A program made the position numbers and the translations under genes. Below are positions 60,381 through 64,000 of a stretch of 64,000 nucleotides of DNA, in pieces. Each line of letters begins with the position of its first letter. The stretch's first letter is position 1. Source of the stretch: Ranitomeya imitator (taxonomy: Eukaryota). Where the stretch lies: contig NC_091283.1 in NCBI RefSeq assembly GCF_032444005.1, positions 474,796,001 through 474,860,000 of the forward strand, in the 5' to 3' direction. The notes beneath the pieces were generated by a model that saw nothing but the letters and a program-made list of their open reading frames with translations, had not been told where the DNA came from and did not search any database.

Positions 60381-61169
60381 TGTTATGATCTGGTGGTTTA
60401 GGAACAACATGAGACAAGCTCTGAAGGAGGTGGTATCTGTACTGACCGCAAACCCTGAACCTAGCAGCACAACTAAAAATAGCCGTGGGGGGTACCTGAC
60501 GCTCCCTAGACCCCTCGGCACAGCCTAAGATCTAACTTCCCCTAAAGATGGAAACAGGAAACCTATCTTGCCTCAGAGAAAATCCCCAAAGGAAAGATAG
60601 CCCCCCACAAATATTGACGGTGAGAGGAGGGGGAAAATAACATACGCAGAAATGAAATCAGATTTTAGCATAGTAGGCCAGTCTAGCTTGATAGATAGGA
60701 CAGGAAAGGATACTGTGCGGTCAGTATAAAAACTACAAAACAATCCACACAGAGTTTACAAAATCTCCACACCTGACTAATGGTGTGGAGGGTAAATCTG
60801 CTTCCCAGAGCTTCCAGCTAACATAAAAAATCCATACTGACAAGCTGGACAAATATAGAATGCACAGAACAATAAGTCCATAACATGTGGACTGAAATGA
60901 GCAAGGCCAGAACTTATCTTTGCAGAACTGGTCAGGAAACCAGGAGAATCCAAGCAGAGATGTGAATCCAGCCAGGAAACATTGACAAGTGGCACAGGCT
61001 GAAGAAAGAGCCAGACTTAAATAGCGGACAATAAGTGGGGGCAGCTGATGACAGCTAACTCCAAGGAGCAGCCATACCACTAGAAACCACAAGAGGGAGC
61101 CCAAGAGCAGAACTCACAAAAGTGCCACTTACAACCACCGGAGGAAGCCCAAGAGCGGAATTCACAACA
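60381..61169. mobile_element. Solo LTR (789 bp)
   Basis: TGTTATGATC ... TTCACAACA termini, flanked by direct repeat CAATAC (60375-60380, 61170-61175). No internal coding sequence. Confidence 0.75.
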
Positions 61170-64000
61170 CAATACCTATTCATGTGAATGGGAGCTGATA
61201 CGGAGTAGCCGGGAGCATCCACTGTGCAATGTACGCAGCTGTGCTGTTCCAGCTCCAAGCATTGTCTACATCTGGACCCCGCTGGTGAAAATCCACAACT
61301 GATCACTATTCTGAGGGTAGGTCATCAATATCTTGGTCCTGGACCACACCTTTAAATAAATATGGGATTATCAAAGATTGTGACTATGTTGTCAAGAGGC
61401 CAAAGTTGGCACCAGCAGGAGTTGATGCTCTTTACAGAACTGATGTGTGAATAAGTAGCATTTTGTTCATTTTATTAAATTTCTCTTTCGAAGGTTTTAC
61501 TGCTTTCTACTTTTTAATCTTGTTATAGGCAACGTTTAAATGTACTTTTCCTTTAGGTCCAAAGCAATTTTTTTGCACCAGAAAAAAATTCTGTTTAGTG
61601 AGCGGTAATGTAATATTCAGAGACCTGCTGTTTTTATGTATTTACATTATTCCTCAGTAGTTCTAGATTATTTTTGGACTCAGTGGCAGAGGTTGAGAGA
61701 TGCCCATTTATTTAATTACCTTGAATGTATATCTGAACGGATTTACAGAGCACCATTTAAGCTCATGAATAGAGCCGATGTTTCAAAGTTTCTTATGAAA
61801 TGTGAATTCTTAGTCTACACACGACTATCGCATTTTAATTTCTGAACAGATGCAAAATTTAAGACTGAAACTGTATTTAGCCTACATAAGGCATTTTCTT
61901 ATAATGGAAGTGATGGAAAGCAATTTTACAGTAATGCTGTATCTTCATAAACGTGTAGCAGAATTTTAATGCTTCTTTTCCAGAAGAAAGCAGAAACCTA
62001 GACATGAATGCCGAATATTTCCCCCCTCCTCATGCCTCATTTTCTACTTATTTCAAAACTTTCCAAGACCTACACCTAAAAGCTATGGTAGATATAGTGG
62101 TAGATGGTGTTCGTAATGTGGATTAATGATTGGTCTGAACATAATTCAGCGACTATCACATTTCTTGCATGATGCATTTTTTCTTTTCTTGTTTACTAAT
62201 TTTTAATCTTCACTTTTTAATTACCATGATGTAGACATACGGCAATTATTTAGTAACATATCGTGTGACTATACTTCAGACTGGCTATAATGACCATTGT
62301 ATAAACGTAGCACATTACTTAGATACCCACATGAGCGCTGCGGACAGTCACAGGAGCTTGGGACCACTAAAGTCAGTGATTGGCTGCAGCGGTCATATGG
62401 GGTGTGCAGGATGTCACTGCTGGAGCCAGGAAAAAAGAAGACTGACGGAAAAAAGTGAGGAGTGGGACATGGTATTGGAACAGCAGGGTTTAAATGGGTG
62501 AAATTATAATTTTAGTCATTTGATCACTAATAGAGGCTGTAGGAAATACACGTTAATAGACTAAACCAGTAACATTGACTCTGGGAGCCAACGTTATATG
62601 CAAATATTGCATTACCCTTCTTCACAAATTTGCCTATGCTTTTATATAGTAATAAATGGGGGTAGTTTGTTAAATTAATGACAGCATGTCTATTCACATG
62701 TCTTTGATGAATTGATTTTTGTCTAATAATGGCCACTGTATCACTTATTTTGGGACATATGTGTTTTGGATAATTTTTTTGCTAAGTGATACGGCTCTAT
62801 TCATTCTGCCTCTTAACTATCATTGTAATACAACTTGGGCAGTGGGGTGGTCCATGGGGTTGGATATCATGTCATTGGCATTGCCTTTGTTTTATTTTAT
62901 GTTCCCCATGGTCTCCCCTTTATTTACATTCTGTATTATGCATCTCCCATTTTTTTAATTGTTTGGCCCTTTTTTACATGCCCAGTGTTCCCTACGGTAC
63001 TTTTTTGCTATGTCTAGTGCTTTTTTACCTTTTGCTTTTTAGAAATTATTGCAATAAAAATTAAATTTGAACTTTACCAGAGGATCTCTTCGTGTTTTCC
63101 CATTTTTTATATCTTAAATGGGTTTGATGCTACCATGCTAGTAACAATAGCACATGTATTTTTTTTATTTAAAAACAAAAACCCTTGAGGATTTATATGG
63201 CTCCCTGACACCACACTGCCCCTGATGTATTTATTAGTGATTTTACACAGTGACACGTGTGATCAGTGCAGGAGCACTCACTCAGCTAAAATATAATGGA
63301 TGCTGGTCCTGAAGCTCCTTCATTCTTAACTAGTGCAGCCTGCCTTTGTCACAGGCTCAGCAGCCATCTTCTGCGAGGTGGTCAGGTGACAGCAGAGCAA
63401 AGTTTTCCTCGCCCTCATGCACCTCTCTCTGCAGCATGATGATGTGAGAGGCGGGGCAGAGAATAGAGGCACACTGATTGGAGCAGGGGCAGCGGCAGGT
63501 GACTTTAACTTGCTGCCTCCGCTCCAATCACAGCACTTTTATTGGTGGTTCTGACATATAGGCTTTGGGGGGAGGGAAAGGAGCCGCAGGAGACAGCAAG
63601 TTATCTTCACAGTCTCCCGCCAAAGTCTGGCCACCAGTGCCAACATATATAAGTATAAGAGCTGTGATTGGAGACAAGACAGCAATTAAATTTAACTTTC
63701 TGACTGCCTTCGGCGCCCCCATTGAAGCATGGCAGCCGTCGCGCTGTTGCACATGACTAAGACCGGCCATGCTGACAGCAATTGTATTAGCATTTTATTA
63801 GAAGTGAAGAAAATTTAGTGAAGGGAGGTAGCGACGGCTGGGGCCTGTCACTGTGCTGCATGCCTGTGGCCAGAGGAAGTTACAGGGCGGCCAAGAATTG
63901 AGTACTGACAGGTTTTTTTTTTCAAATCTGCGCACCTTGGGGAGGCAGGAGGTAGCGCTCTAGGTGGGCGCCTACTCTGCTTACCCCTCCTTCTGGCCCT

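Overview
Repeat-dense eukaryotic DNA. The transposon families (TTAA-type MITEs, Tc1, Helitron-N, tRNA-SINE/L2, sushi-like Gypsy) point to a vertebrate, most likely a frog (inference). I could not identify any host gene. The main structure is a 20.5 kb nest at 8319-28782. A ~9.7 kb hAT transposon has an otherwise uninterrupted 1188-aa transposase ORF (BED finger, DDE, hATC). A ~9.5 kb sister copy of the same family has inserted into it in the opposite orientation, inside the BED-finger codons. Each copy has its own 8-bp TSD. This is the architecture of the chromosome-breaking maize double Ds, and it also makes a multi-kb inverted repeat that could yield dsRNA. The outer copy sits inside a non-autonomous Helitron, carries a hAT MITE full of palindromes, and has a diverged piece of transposase sequence lodged in its tandem array. 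A second nest at 44570-50228 is a Tc1 element interrupted by a hAT MITE and by a gag/protease-only Gypsy element. The remainder is MITEs, Helitrons, LINE/SINE/Penelope remnants, a solo LTR and short unique stretches. All coordinates and identities were read by eye.
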